From a virus, in IMG/VR virus record IMGVR_UViG_3300035696_000005, positions 1-64,000 of that record: DNA of 64,000 nucleotides. One strand, 5' to 3'. Numbering within the stretch: position 1 is the stretch's first letter; each line of letters opens with the position of its first letter. Below the pieces are notes generated by a model. It ran no database searches and was not told the DNA's origin. It saw only the letters and a program-made list of their open reading frames with translations. Shown in pieces: positions 38,825 through 47,729 of this stretch. Made by a program: the position numbers and the translations under genes.

Positions 38825-40564
38825 ATGACCGATGAGATCGATGAAGAGCTAGCCTACCTCCACAGCATCGGCTCTGACATCACCCAGATCAACAAGGATC
38901 TCTCTGATAGCGCAAGGCTCAGGAAGCTTGTGAATAGCGCAGCCGTCGCTAAGATTCAAACTCTTTGGGGAAAGAACGGGGAATCCAAGCAACTGATCCG
39001 TGCTTCAAAGAGTGCGTGGATTCACCAGATGATTCACCTGGATGGAAAGAAGTTTGACTTTACTGGGCGTAATTATCTGATTCAGATCTACAACATGACT
39101 CACCCCCATAAGCTTCTAATGACGGGTCGTCAGGTTGAGAAATCCACCATGCTTGCTAACGAGTTCATTATCAACTCAGTGGTGATCCCTTACTTTAAAA
39201 GTCTTTATGTCTCTCCCTCTCACGATCAGACGCGCCAGTTCAGTAACGGTAAGCTCAAGCCCTGGATTGAAGCGAGTCCCATTATCAGTAAGTACTTTCA
39301 AAACTCTGTGGTCTCAAAGCAGGTCTTTGAAAAAGGTTTTGCTAACGGCTCTATGGGTTTCCTCAGGTCCGCCTTTTTAAACGCCGACCGTTGTCGTGGT
39401 ATCTCAGCTGACCAGGTCTTTGTCGACGAGCTTCAAAACGTCATCATCTCAAACCTACCTGTTATTCTTGAAGCTTTGTCTCACTCAAGTTACGGATGGA
39501 AGATCTTTGCAGGCACACCTCTTACACTTGAGAATACGATTCAACAATACTGGGAACTAGGTTCTCAATGTGAGTGGCTAGTTCCTTGCGAGCACCACAC
39601 TCCGAGATTCTGGAACTTCCTAGATGAGAAGTGCATTGGTAAGACTGGTCCCATCTGTGGCAAGTGCGGAAAACCAATCAATCCAGCTAATGGTAGGTGG
39701 ATCGCTTTCAGTAGTAACCGTGACATCATGGGTTTTAGAATCGCTCAGATCATGGTTCCTTGGATCTATCAGCACGCGCATAAGTGGAAAGAGTTTTTAT
39801 GGAAGTTTGAGAACTACAGCCAAGGACAGTTCAAAAACGAGTGTCTCGGCATTAGCTACGACTCCGCTAGTAAGCCCATTACCCGTTCTGAACTCATAGC
39901 CTGCTGCTCTTCCAAGCACGAGTATTATTACAACCCAACCCCGTGGACTCATAAGGTCGAGATCTTTGCAGGTATCGATTGGGGTGAGGGTTCAGACGGC
40001 ACTGAGCGTGGCGTAAAGGGAAAGATCAAAAACGCTTCCTACACCGTGCTTACGCTTGGAATGTATATCGATCAGAAGCACTTTTATATTTTCCACTACA
40101 GACGCTTCACAGGTAAGGAAGCTCTTCCTGGAAACTGTGTGAACGAGATTATCAAGATCCTAAAGGCATTTCGCGTTCGTTGTATCGGGGTAGACTGGGG
40201 ACATGGTTGGGGTGTGAACGAGCGCCTGGAGGAAGCCTTTGGTATTGAGCGTGTCATTAAGTTTCAACACGTAGGTAACCAGCGTCAGCGTAAAAAATAC
40301 GATGAGATCGGTCACAAGTTTCAGCTGGCTCGTAACGAAGTCATGACCGACTTCTTTATGGACATCAAAGATCATAAGATCATCTGGCCTGATTGGGAGC
40401 TTGTAAAAGATTACCTCTGCGACTTTGAGCACATCTACGCTGAATTCAACGAGGCAACCCGGCAAATGCGATATGATCATAAGGCATCTGAGCCAGATGA
40501 TGCGTGTCATGCAACAATTTATTTAAAGGAATGCGCTGATAATTATTACGGTAAAATACGATAG
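38825..40564 (+). CDS. terL: Terminase large subunit
   Basis: GRQVEKST Walker A, VFVDE Walker B, GIDWG and DDACHA nuclease motifs. Confidence 0.9.
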   Translation: MTDEIDEELAYLHSIGSDITQINKDLSDSARLRKLVNSAAVAKIQTLWGKNGESKQLIRASKSAWIHQMIHLDGKKFDFTGRNYLIQIYNMTHPHKLLMTGRQVEKSTMLANEFIINSVVIPYFKSLYVSPSHDQTRQFSNGKLKPWIEASPIISKYFQNSVVSKQVFEKGFANGSMGFLRSAFLNADRCRGISADQVFVDELQNVIISNLPVILEALSHSSYGWKIFAGTPLTLENTIQQYWELGSQCEWLVPCEHHTPRFWNFLDEKCIGKTGPICGKCGKPINPANGRWIAFSSNRDIMGFRIAQIMVPWIYQHAHKWKEFLWKFENYSQGQFKNECLGISYDSASKPITRSELIACCSSKHEYYYNPTPWTHKVEIFAGIDWGEGSDGTERGVKGKIKNASYTVLTLGMYIDQKHFYIFHYRRFTGKEALPGNCVNEIIKILKAFRVRCIGVDWGHGWGVNERLEEAFGIERVIKFQHVGNQRQRKKYDEIGHKFQLARNEVMTDFFMDIKDHKIIWPDWELVKDYLCDFEHIYAEFNEATRQMRYDHKASEPDDACHATIYLKECADNYYGKIR

Positions 40565-41124
40565 TTTTTAGCAAGTCGTTTGTCTATGTTTTGTTGTCGT
40601 CTTCTACTGATATATTTGGGAACGTTGCCGTTATTTTTTCTGGCGAATGTGTTTGTCTGGGTATGACAGTTCGGGCATAACCATCTTAAGTTGCGTACTC
40701 TATTATCGTTACAGACTCCGTTTATGTGATCTAGTTGGAGTGTCAGGGAATGGTTATTCCAGATTGGTTCTTGTCCGCATCGCTTGCACACATAGTCCAC
40801 AAGTTCTAACTTTTTGAATCGACTTACTAGAGTATTTTGGCACACTCTTGATTTTTCACAGAACACGACTTCTTTTGGAAACATTATTCTCGAAGCGTTC
40901 TTTTGAGCAGTTCTTTTGTATAAGCCCTCTGCAGTTAGAAAATGATTCGTTTTTAAATTCGCAGCCGCTATCATTTTAGCAACTACTTTAGCATTGTACC
41001 CACTGTACGAGCATGCCAGTTCGCGCATTACGTCATATACACATTGGGCTTTTTCCACCGCACTTTTTAGCTCAGCGGAAGTCACTGTACGTAATAGTTT
41101 ATGTCTTTTTGTCTTTAGTCTCAT
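40546..41124 (-). CDS. HNH endonuclease
   Basis: CKRCG...LQLDHINGVCNDNRVRNLRWLCPNCH. Confidence 0.9.
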   Translation of the reverse strand: MRLKTKRHKLLRTVTSAELKSAVEKAQCVYDVMRELACSYSGYNAKVVAKMIAAANLKTNHFLTAEGLYKRTAQKNASRIMFPKEVVFCEKSRVCQNTLVSRFKKLELVDYVCKRCGQEPIWNNHSLTLQLDHINGVCNDNRVRNLRWLCPNCHTQTNTFARKNNGNVPKYISRRRQQNIDKRLAKNYRILP

Positions 41125-41130
41125 ATAGGC

Positions 41131-41159
41131 ATAATATTACACAGATAATTTCGTGTCAA
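41131..41159 (-). promoter_or_regulatory. Sigma70 promoter, probably leaderless transcript
   Basis: TTGACA-17 nt-TATTAT with ATG 7 nt downstream and no RBS. Confidence 0.7.
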
Positions 41160-41176
41160 ACAAAAGTTCGATAGCT

Positions 41177-41201
41177 AAAAAAGTGGGGCGTAGCGCCCCA
41201 C
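41177..41201 (-). terminator. Intrinsic terminator
   Basis: GTGGGGCG-TAG-CGCCCCAC with T-run on the minus strand. Confidence 0.7.
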
Positions 41202-41203
41202 CT

Positions 41204-41551
41204 TCATTCCCACCCCACCACTTCCTTCTCCTCAGGAGTTAGAGTGATGTAGCGTTCTTTTTTGTAAGCTTCCTTCTCGTACGGAATCTCTCGATAAGCC
41301 TTATCGAAATCTTTGTAGCGAAGGTAGTTCTTTACATAATAATATGTGTAAAGAACAGTACTTTTGATAAGCCCATCTCGCTTCAGTTGCCTGATGTGGA
41401 TAAGCTCGTGCCTAACAGTAGTCTTTGGCACCTTGTCTTTATCTTCTTTAAACACTATGAATGGATAGAACACGAAGGCTTCGCACCGGAGAACTTCCGG
41501 AAGCCATCGCGCATCAAGCCACTTCTGACCGTAAATAACGATGAGCTTCAT
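41204..41551 (-). CDS. Hypothetical HExxH protein (DUF4157/metallopeptidase-like)
   Basis: VRHELIHIRQ...IPYEKEAY. Confidence 0.6.
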   Translation of the reverse strand: MKLIVIYGQKWLDARWLPEVLRCEAFVFYPFIVFKEDKDKVPKTTVRHELIHIRQLKRDGLIKSTVLYTYYYVKNYLRYKDFDKAYREIPYEKEAYKKERYITLTPEEKEVVGWE

Positions 41552-41605
41552 AAGCCCTCCTTGTGGTTAAAAAAAGACGGGTGGCCCAATGCCACCCGCC
41601 AAGCA

Positions 41606-41881
41606 TTATGCCGTAACCATCTGGAGCTCCATTGCATTCTTTTTCGGAATGCTTACCGCTCGATGGTAACGGTCGTAAGGTACTCTGAACCTAACGGTCT
41701 TGGCACCTTTTGTAAGTAAGCACAGCCTTGAAAGACCATCCTTACCCCAGACTGCATGACAGGTATTACAAACATACTTGTCGTCTTTCTTACTGGCTAC
41801 GTCCGAAAAGAATTGCGGCTCTCCGCAACCCCAGCAATCTAGCGTAGTGATATCTTCTTTCTGTACTTCCATTCTCAACAT
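41606..41881 (-). CDS. Zinc-ribbon hypothetical protein (start approximate)
   Basis: CWGC...CNTC. Confidence 0.55.
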   Translation of the reverse strand: MLRMEVQKEDITTLDCWGCGEPQFFSDVASKKDDKYVCNTCHAVWGKDGLSRLCLLTKGAKTVRFRVPYDRYHRAVSIPKKNAMELQMVTA

Positions 41882-41955
41882 GTCTTCCCCCTCCACAGGT
41901 GAATCGAAGTTGGGCGTGGGTATTGATCACGCCCAACTCCTCAGTCCTAGGAAAA

Positions 41956-42093
41956 CTAGGACATCTTTAAATACAAGGAACCTATGATCGCAAGAATCCC
42001 TGCGAGCATAAGTAGAAAGGCAACCCGGCGAGTGGTATTCTCGTTTGATTGCCTTTCAGCTAGAGCGAAAAATCCTGGAACATACTTGCCCAT
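41956..42093 (-). CDS. Small membrane peptide (absent from the ORF track)
   Basis: GGAGG RBS; MGKYVPGFF...VAFLLMLAGILAIIGSLYL, 45 aa. Confidence 0.6.
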   Translation of the reverse strand: MGKYVPGFFALAERQSNENTTRRVAFLLMLAGILAIIGSLYLKMS

Positions 42094-42107
42094 GGATTAT
42101 CCCTCCG

Positions 42108-42638
42108 TTAGTTCAGCGTTGCGCCGCTCTCGTGCTCATGATGAGCGTCGCCATCGGTGCGAAAGCCGTGCTCTTCATCTGTCGGAGTCGTAGCAACGAC
42201 CCGACGATAATGAGCAGCTTTCTCTCGCTCAGCCAGCGCACGCTCTTCAACCTCTTCCTCGTATCTTTCGACACGAGCACGAAGTTTTGCCCTGCGCTTG
42301 GCAAGCTGTGCGTCGAGATCTTCGATGATCCTGATCTCGTCTTCGATAGTTGAGCCCCCTGGAGCAGCGTTCGCCTTACGGTAAGCTCGGGTTTTTGCAG
42401 CCTTCTTACCAGGAGAAACTTTGTAGCTCCTCTTGGTCTCAGTCGCAGCTGCAACAGGCTTTCCATCCAGGTAACTGCGAACAGCAGTTTCCATGGCTTC
42501 CGGAATCGCCTGCTCTTTACGAAGAGCATTGTTGTAGAAGGTGGGTGTACTGTACCCAATCTTCTTCACGAAATTGACCGCAGAAAGACCTGAGTCTTTC
42601 TGAATCTTTTTCAGTTCATTTCCTGTCATCATAATCAT
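42108..42638 (-). CDS. XRE-like HTH protein
   Basis: LKKIQKDSGLSAVNFVKKIGYSTPTFYN; coiled-coil C-terminus. Confidence 0.65.
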   Translation of the reverse strand: MIMMTGNELKKIQKDSGLSAVNFVKKIGYSTPTFYNNALRKEQAIPEAMETAVRSYLDGKPVAAATETKRSYKVSPGKKAAKTRAYRKANAAPGGSTIEDEIRIIEDLDAQLAKRRAKLRARVERYEEEVEERALAEREKAAHYRRVVATTPTDEEHGFRTDGDAHHEHESGATLN

Positions 42639-42761
42639 TCTCCTTAGCTAAGTGTTTGTTAATGATGATGTTGATGACTCGTTGATACGAGTCAGTCTGC
42701 CCACTTGTCTTGTAATGGAGGAGCATACGACAAGGCAAGTAGGCAGGCTGTCTAATACCAA

Positions 42762-42798
42762 AGGGGAAAATTGCGGTGGGCTGTGGGAGCCCACCGCA
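42762..42798 (-). terminator. Intrinsic terminator
   Basis: TGCGGTGGGC...GCCCACCGCA with T-rich tail on the minus strand. Confidence 0.65.
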
Positions 42799-42831
42799 CT
42801 CAGGCTAATTACCGTAGTTGTAGCCCAAGAC

Positions 42832-42999
42832 TTAGTGCTTAACGGTTTTAGCCGTTGAGCGATTCTTTTTGGATTTCTTTTTGCTCGTGGTCTTTTCGGA
42901 TGTTCCGAAAATGCGCTTACCCAGTTTGTAAGCTCCCACAGTCAGAAGCGTGGTTCCAAGAATACCGCCGCCCCACTGAACATATTTGTTGTTAAGCAT
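42832..42999 (-). CDS. Small membrane-anchored basic peptide (absent from the ORF track)
   Basis: AGGAG RBS; MLNNKYVQWGGGILGTTLLTVGAYKLG..., 55 aa. Confidence 0.65.
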   Translation of the reverse strand: MLNNKYVQWGGGILGTTLLTVGAYKLGKRIFGTSEKTTSKKKSKKNRSTAKTVKH

Positions 43000-43089
43000 T
43001 CACTTCTCCTTTGTTTGTGTTGTTAACAATCACCGCCTTTATCCGTCGATAAAAGCGCGAAGTAAATTTTCTTTTTTACTTCTAACTAA

Positions 43090-43114
43090 CTTATACCCTG
43101 ATTTTGGGTATTTT
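43090..43114 (-). promoter_or_regulatory. AAA-N-G-N-TATAAG promoter-like motif
   Basis: CTAAAATACCCAAAATCAGGG-TATAAG. Confidence 0.55.
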
Positions 43115-43176
43115 AGCCTTTGGCTCAGGGAGCGCCCTAGATACCCCAATATGGGATACCTAGGGCACCGCCCGAA

Positions 43177-43407
43177 CTACCAGCCATAGTTTTTGCGATC
43201 CTCATCGATCTCCGCCATCAACTTCTTTTCCCTTTCTTCTTGGATCAGCGCATCCCAGACGTACTGAAGTGCAACTGCTCCGATAAGACTTGCCGCCATC
43301 GCGAACCAAACTACAAAGCTGTGCTTTTGGAATGCAATGTAAGCAAGCATGAGAGGAATGAATGGGGCAGAATCAACATAGTATTCGCGTATGGTGATCT
43401 TCCTCAT
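43177..43407 (-). CDS. Small membrane protein
   Basis: Two TM-like segments. Confidence 0.6.
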   Translation of the reverse strand: MRKITIREYYVDSAPFIPLMLAYIAFQKHSFVVWFAMAASLIGAVALQYVWDALIQEEREKKLMAEIDEDRKNYGW

Positions 43408-43595
43408 GACTTTCTCTTTTTCTTTGAGGATTTCTTCTTTGAGGAAGGCTTCCTTTCGTTTCCCCCAAATTCAAAGATATAGCTCGGTCTGCTATTATTA
43501 CCGGTTGCTGCTTCAACTATATCGACTACACAACCAGTCAGAATGAGCGTACCGAACAACGATTTCCATGGGTTATCGAAGATTTGCTTTAACAT
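43404..43595 (-). CDS. Small membrane-anchored basic protein
   Basis: Hydrophobic N-terminal half, Lys-rich tail. Confidence 0.55.
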   Translation of the reverse strand: MLKQIFDNPWKSLFGTLILTGCVVDIVEAATGNNSRPSYIFEFGGNERKPSSKKKSSKKKRKS

Positions 43596-43877
43596 TTACT
43601 TTGACCTCCTATCAGCTTCTTTGCTTATGTTTTCGATTGCGACAACAACCACGTCTACCTTGCAGTTTAGAGCGTTCAGGAGTTCCTGAAGATCCATTCT
43701 TTCCGGTAGTCTCTTTTGAACATGACATTCAGAAAGCGCGGCCATTAAATCAACCGCACTTCCTTGAAGATCATTAATAGCCCGCAGCAAGAGTGCTGTG
43801 TCTGCCGCAGCGCTATCAATCAAATCCTCATTGAGCCTAAAAGCATGTAACTGTTCTTTCGAGGGATTTCTTTCCAT
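43596..43877 (-). CDS. Hypothetical protein
   Basis: AGGAG RBS. Confidence 0.65.
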   Translation of the reverse strand: MERNPSKEQLHAFRLNEDLIDSAAADTALLLRAINDLQGSAVDLMAALSECHVQKRLPERMDLQELLNALNCKVDVVVVAIENISKEADRRSK

Positions 43878-43896
43878 GTGTCTCTCCTTTCACAAA

Positions 43897-43925
43897 GTGC
43901 CCCCACGAGACTGGCGTGGGGGCAC
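43897..43925 (-). terminator. Hairpin terminator
   Basis: GTGCCCCCACG-AGACTGG-CGTGGGGGCAC. Confidence 0.6.
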
Positions 43926-43983
43926 CCAATAACTGCTCTATAGACGTCCTAGGAACGCCACCAAACTACAGAGCAGTAGCTTA

Positions 43984-44712
43984 TTATTGAACGTTAATCG
44001 TAACCGGCAGCGTAAGTGCTGCAGGCATGTTAGCGTTCGTGTAGGTCGCGACTTCCGGATAGGTTGCCGTAGTTCCGCTACCACCAATGGTTGCACATCC
44101 CTGCCCATCTCCCAGGTAGGAGTAGAAAGTATGTGAACCACCCGTAGTAGACGTCACCTTATAAAAGACACCCGTATTGTGGAAAACGGTATTTACAGCC
44201 ATCGTGTTCACTGCGAAGGGAGTTCCCGAGCAGTTCACCGATGTGAAATACAGGCTTCCAGAATTCGGCTGACCGTTATAAGCGTAGCCTACAGCAACAC
44301 CGTTGGTAGCATCCCACACAGTGTAGCCGGTCGAAGCAGTGGCAATACCTCCCATGAGGTAGGTGCCTACTTGCGAACCGTTACCGTTGGTCAAAATCCA
44401 CATGGTTGCCGCAGTTCCTTGAGGACCTTGGGGACCCTGAGGACCAGTAGCACCCGTAGCTCCTGTAGCTCCGGCTGCGCCTTTGAATGCACTCAATGAT
44501 GATGCCGGAGCGCTAACGGTCATTCCGTTATCGCAGGTCATCGTCAAGTTTCCACTACCATCAGTGGAGGTTGTGCAATTCGTAGCACCACTTGCGGTAC
44601 CATTGTTTACGTTCGCTGTGACAGAACCACTTCCGCTTCCACTACCGCCGTCACAAGCGGTTAGGGTAATCATAGCCAAGGACACGACACCAATCAGCAT
44701 AGCGTTCTTCAT
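43984..44712 (-). CDS. Lipoprotein with collagen-like repeat
   Basis: LTA|C lipobox; GAAGATGATGATGPQGPQGPQG. Confidence 0.8.
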   Translation of the reverse strand: MKNAMLIGVVSLAMITLTACDGGSGSGSGSVTANVNNGTASGATNCTTSTDGSGNLTMTCDNGMTVSAPASSLSAFKGAAGATGATGATGPQGPQGPQGTAATMWILTNGNGSQVGTYLMGGIATASTGYTVWDATNGVAVGYAYNGQPNSGSLYFTSVNCSGTPFAVNTMAVNTVFHNTGVFYKVTSTTGGSHTFYSYLGDGQGCATIGGSGTTATYPEVATYTNANMPAALTLPVTINVQ

Positions 44713-44789
44713 ATGGGTCTCCTTTGTTTGTGGTTATTCGATAGCAACTCACCCTTTTGGATGGATGGTGCTTCTGCACACGTGCAGCG

Positions 44790-45050
44790 TTATCTGACGA
44801 CGATCCGAAGCAGTACAAGCTTTCGCCCGCACCACTTCAGATCCTTCGTTACCTTTATGAATTCACGAAGCGTAGAATATCCAGGACGGAACATATACCA
44901 CCATTTGAGATGTCTCTCGATCTGCTCTCCGCTTTCGCGCAAAACAGCAATGGCTGCATCTTCTACACTACTCATGTCAGGCACAAACTCTTCATCAAAC
45001 ATATCCTGATCACTCCCAAACTTGCCTGCAATTTGGGTTGCAAAATCCAC
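44790..45050 (-). CDS. Hypothetical protein (start uncertain)
   Basis: GTG start after AAGGA. Confidence 0.5.
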   Translation of the reverse strand: MDFATQIAGKFGSDQDMFDEEFVPDMSSVEDAAIAVLRESGEQIERHLKWWYMFRPGYSTLREFIKVTKDLKWCGRKLVLLRIVVR

Positions 45051-45099
45051 GGTCGATTTCCTTTTCGCTTTCTCACGAACGATAGCGATGAGTTGAAGT

Positions 45100-45480
45100 C
45101 TAACTCTTCTTACCCACAGCTGCCGCTCGTTTACTAGTCTTTGCTGGTAGAGTTCCCAGCTCGACTCTCCTGACTGTCTTTGTAATGACACTCTGGTCTC
45201 CTTTCTCGATCCGGTTGATCGCCTCACCGAGACGACTATCTAGATCTCCTAGAGCCCTGATGTGGTAGTCTGCCTCAAGAAAGAGCCGTTCAAGCAGTTC
45301 GGGATAGTTTCTGTTTTCGAAGTTACCTGGCTCAAGCTTTCTTACGAAAGATAAGAGCGCAGAGTAATCCTTCCTCAGTTTTTCAAAACCCCTTCTGACT
45401 GTACGGATTCCATCTTTTCTGACTGACTCCACGATGCGGAGTTCTCTTGGGTCAATTAGCACGGGTTTAGGCTGTGCCAT
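45100..45480 (-). CDS. Hypothetical protein
   Basis: GGAG RBS. Confidence 0.65.
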   Translation of the reverse strand: MAQPKPVLIDPRELRIVESVRKDGIRTVRRGFEKLRKDYSALLSFVRKLEPGNFENRNYPELLERLFLEADYHIRALGDLDSRLGEAINRIEKGDQSVITKTVRRVELGTLPAKTSKRAAAVGKKS

Positions 45481-45633
45481 GGCCTCTCCTTTCCAATACC
45501 TAAAGACTTCCCAAAACCTAAGACCTAGCCTTCACTCAAACTACAAGTTCGGGCCAGGTCCTAAGTCACTCTTGAGAAGTATGGAAATACAGTTAGAAAT
45601 GAACCATGCAGTAGCTAATTCATTCCTAGCCAT

Positions 45634-45659
45634 CTTATACCCCGAAAAAGGGTATTTTT
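45634..45659 (-). promoter_or_regulatory. AAA-N-G-N-TATAAG promoter-like motif
   Basis: GCAAAAATACCCTTTTTCGGGG-TATAAG. Confidence 0.55.
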
Positions 45660-45689
45660 GCCTATCTGGGAGGGGGGTCTAAAAAGGGG

Positions 45690-45905
45690 CTATTTTAGTG
45701 GTTTTGGGATCTTGGTTCCGCGCTGGAAACCGCTGACGTTAAAGTCACGTTTGACGAGTTCTGGCTCAAGGGAGGCGTAAGGCTTACCAAGCTCTACCTG
45801 CCTGCGAAGACCGGCTTTGATCTTGGCTTCTTGAGCAGCAGCACCGGCAGCCTGAGGTTTAACCCAAGAAAGCGCTTTTGAGATGAGTCCGGATTTAAAT
45901 GCCAT
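45690..45905 (-). CDS. Small protein with a variant of the GFxKxA N-terminus
   Basis: MAFKSGLISKA. Confidence 0.6.
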   Translation of the reverse strand: MAFKSGLISKALSWVKPQAAGAAAQEAKIKAGLRRQVELGKPYASLEPELVKRDFNVSGFQRGTKIPKPLK

Positions 45906-45927
45906 GAGAGTAGTTTACCCAATAAGT

Positions 45928-45961
45928 AAAAAAAGTACTAGCCCCAACCGGGGCTAGTACT
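45928..45961 (-). terminator. Intrinsic terminator
   Basis: AGTACTAGCCCC-AACC-GGGGCTAGTACT plus T-run on the minus strand. Confidence 0.8.
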
Positions 45962-46235
45962 AGTTGAGCCAGGACTTTCTACGACCGTCAGTAGCAGTGG
46001 GTTCTTCCTGAGCCACGGGCTCAGGCGCGGCTTCAGTTGTCATCTTGTGCGCAATGAGCCGGATGCGCTGATGCTCGGTAGCAAGATCATGTTTCAGTTC
46101 TTGTACCTCTTTGAGTAGCTGTTCTAACTCGGCGTTAGCCCTAAGTTGAACTTGGTAGGCTTTCTTGCCTACCACTGAGTAGTAGATACTGACAATCGAC
46201 GAAAGTCCCAGAATCAATGTAAGGAACGTTTGCAT
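45960..46235 (-). CDS. N-terminal TM plus coiled-coil protein
   Basis: Operon ORF. Confidence 0.6.
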   Translation of the reverse strand: MQTFLTLILGLSSIVSIYYSVVGKKAYQVQLRANAELEQLLKEVQELKHDLATEHQRIRLIAHKMTTEAAPEPVAQEEPTATDGRRKSWLN

Positions 46236-46239
46236 CTCT

Positions 46240-46512
46240 TTAGTTTAGCACAGCTCTCGGATTCTCGGAACGTAGCGGCAGGATCTTCTTTCCGGGGTCG
46301 TCTGAGGTAATGGTTGTATAGGCTTGACGCTCGGGCTCTTTCTCCGAATAGAAAGTCACGCTACGTGAGAATGGGAGCTCCGCCTCCTGATTATCCAGCG
46401 TATTGTTTTTAAGCTCATGCTCCAAGCGATCCGCAGCTTCTCTCAGAAGCTTAGGCGTGACTGGGATACGGATGGTTGATTTTGTGCTGAGGCTTTCGAG
46501 TGGTTTTTCCAT
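46240..46512 (-). CDS. Hypothetical protein
   Basis: AGGAG RBS. Confidence 0.65.
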   Translation of the reverse strand: MEKPLESLSTKSTIRIPVTPKLLREAADRLEHELKNNTLDNQEAELPFSRSVTFYSEKEPERQAYTTITSDDPGKKILPLRSENPRAVLN

Positions 46513-46521
46513 TTGGGTCTC

Positions 46522-46800
46522 CTATAGTTTTATTTTGGCGAGTTCTTTCATTTCGTTCACGCATTCCTGTACCTGAGTCTCCAACCACTTAGCTCTTGCC
46601 AGAACGTCTTCATAAGTTGCCTTTCTATAAACATTTACGATGCTCGTTTTTCCGTTGGGTGTTTCGATAAACCACAAAACAAGATCTGGGAAGAATGGAT
46701 CGCTTTCCTGATAGGGTTCCTTTTCAAGACGGAAAACCACATCGTGGTTGGTAAATGTGCTCACCAAGTAATCGCCTACTTTGAAATCAGGTTTACTCAT
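46522..46800 (-). CDS. Hypothetical protein (SH3-like)
   Basis: FKVGDYLV start; coupled ORF. Confidence 0.6.
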   Translation of the reverse strand: MSKPDFKVGDYLVSTFTNHDVVFRLEKEPYQESDPFFPDLVLWFIETPNGKTSIVNVYRKATYEDVLARAKWLETQVQECVNEMKELAKIKL

Positions 46801-47072
46801 TTCCTCCCCACCTCCTCGTTACACACTTCAACCGCAAATCTGAGCGCCATCGCAGCAACCTGGATGGCTTCTTTTCGCATGGCTACAATGTCTCTCTTCT
46901 TTTGATTGAGTTTCACGTGATCCCAAAGTTCATCGACTTCTTCAAGTAAAACTCCATATCCTTCGTGAGCAGAATTCATGGAGGGCCATTTCTCCATTGT
47001 TTCATGCGCTTCTTTGTAGGCTGCGGAAGTAGCGTTACCTAGTTCGTCTTTTGGCCAATCCGTCCATGCCAT
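46797..47072 (-). CDS. MazG-like (all-alpha NTP-PPase) protein
   Basis: [17 protein letters not shown]...[12 protein letters not shown]. Confidence 0.65.
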   Translation of the reverse strand: MAWTDWPKDELGNATSAAYKEAHETMEKWPSMNSAHEGYGVLLEEVDELWDHVKLNQKKRDIVAMRKEAIQVAAMALRFAVEVCNEEVGRK

Positions 47073-47082
47073 TGTTTTTCTC

Positions 47083-47544
47083 CTAAGTTTTGTTTAGTTT
47101 TTTTATTACCTTCTTGGGCCAATTAAGCGGCCACTGATACGGGAATTTGTGCATTCCCCTATCAAGCCATTCTTGGATTGCGTCTTCGACTTTCCATCCA
47201 GATACTGCAATCCTAAATAGACAGCAGACTAACCCAGTGCGGTCAACTCCGTGCGTACAATGAACGTAGACAGCTCCGCCTCTATCGAGCTCAGTAGTAA
47301 TCGTATGCAGGATGTGGAAGAGGTAATCCCACGTGGGGAATCTGAAATCTCCAATCGGAAGGTGCGCAACCGCAATCCCTTCGTCATGAAGTTGCATATC
47401 CTCAGTAAACGAGATCTCATCCCACGCTGTTTGAAGATCGATGCAAAGCGTGATTCCAAATTTCTTGAGTTCATTTACATCGGTTGGGTGTGGACCTCGG
47501 TAAAGTCTTTCAGATACTGGTATAATCATTGGTCCGAACTCCAT
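47083..47544 (-). CDS. Tyrosine/dual-specificity phosphatase family protein
   Basis: LYRGPHP; [13 protein letters not shown] (CX5R). Confidence 0.85.
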   Translation of the reverse strand: MEFGPMIIPVSERLYRGPHPTDVNELKKFGITLCIDLQTAWDEISFTEDMQLHDEGIAVAHLPIGDFRFPTWDYLFHILHTITTELDRGGAVYVHCTHGVDRTGLVCCLFRIAVSGWKVEDAIQEWLDRGMHKFPYQWPLNWPKKVIKKLNKT

Positions 47545-47729
47545 CTCTTATCACAGAATGTGCAGTGATGGTCGGTCCAGTACCGGTCTGCACTGGGATC
47601 GTAGTTTCCTGTATTGCTTCGGTTTACCGATACAATCACATCTTTTGGATGAGAACAATTCTTTTGAATGTTAATGAGTTTAAGTTCAAGCTGTGTGATC
47701 TGCTCCTTAATCTCTTGTACGATTGTCAT
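47526..47729 (-). CDS. Small Cys/His protein
   Basis: CSHP...CTFCDKRW. Confidence 0.55.
   Translation of the reverse strand: MTIVQEIKEQITQLELKLINIQKNCSHPKDVIVSVNRSNTGNYDPSADRYWTDHHCTFCDKRWSSDQ

Noticed and set aside
45540-45633. 30-codon minus-strand ORF MARNELATAW...
   Set aside because: The ATG abuts TATAAG with no room for a start site or RBS; more likely an untranslated leader.
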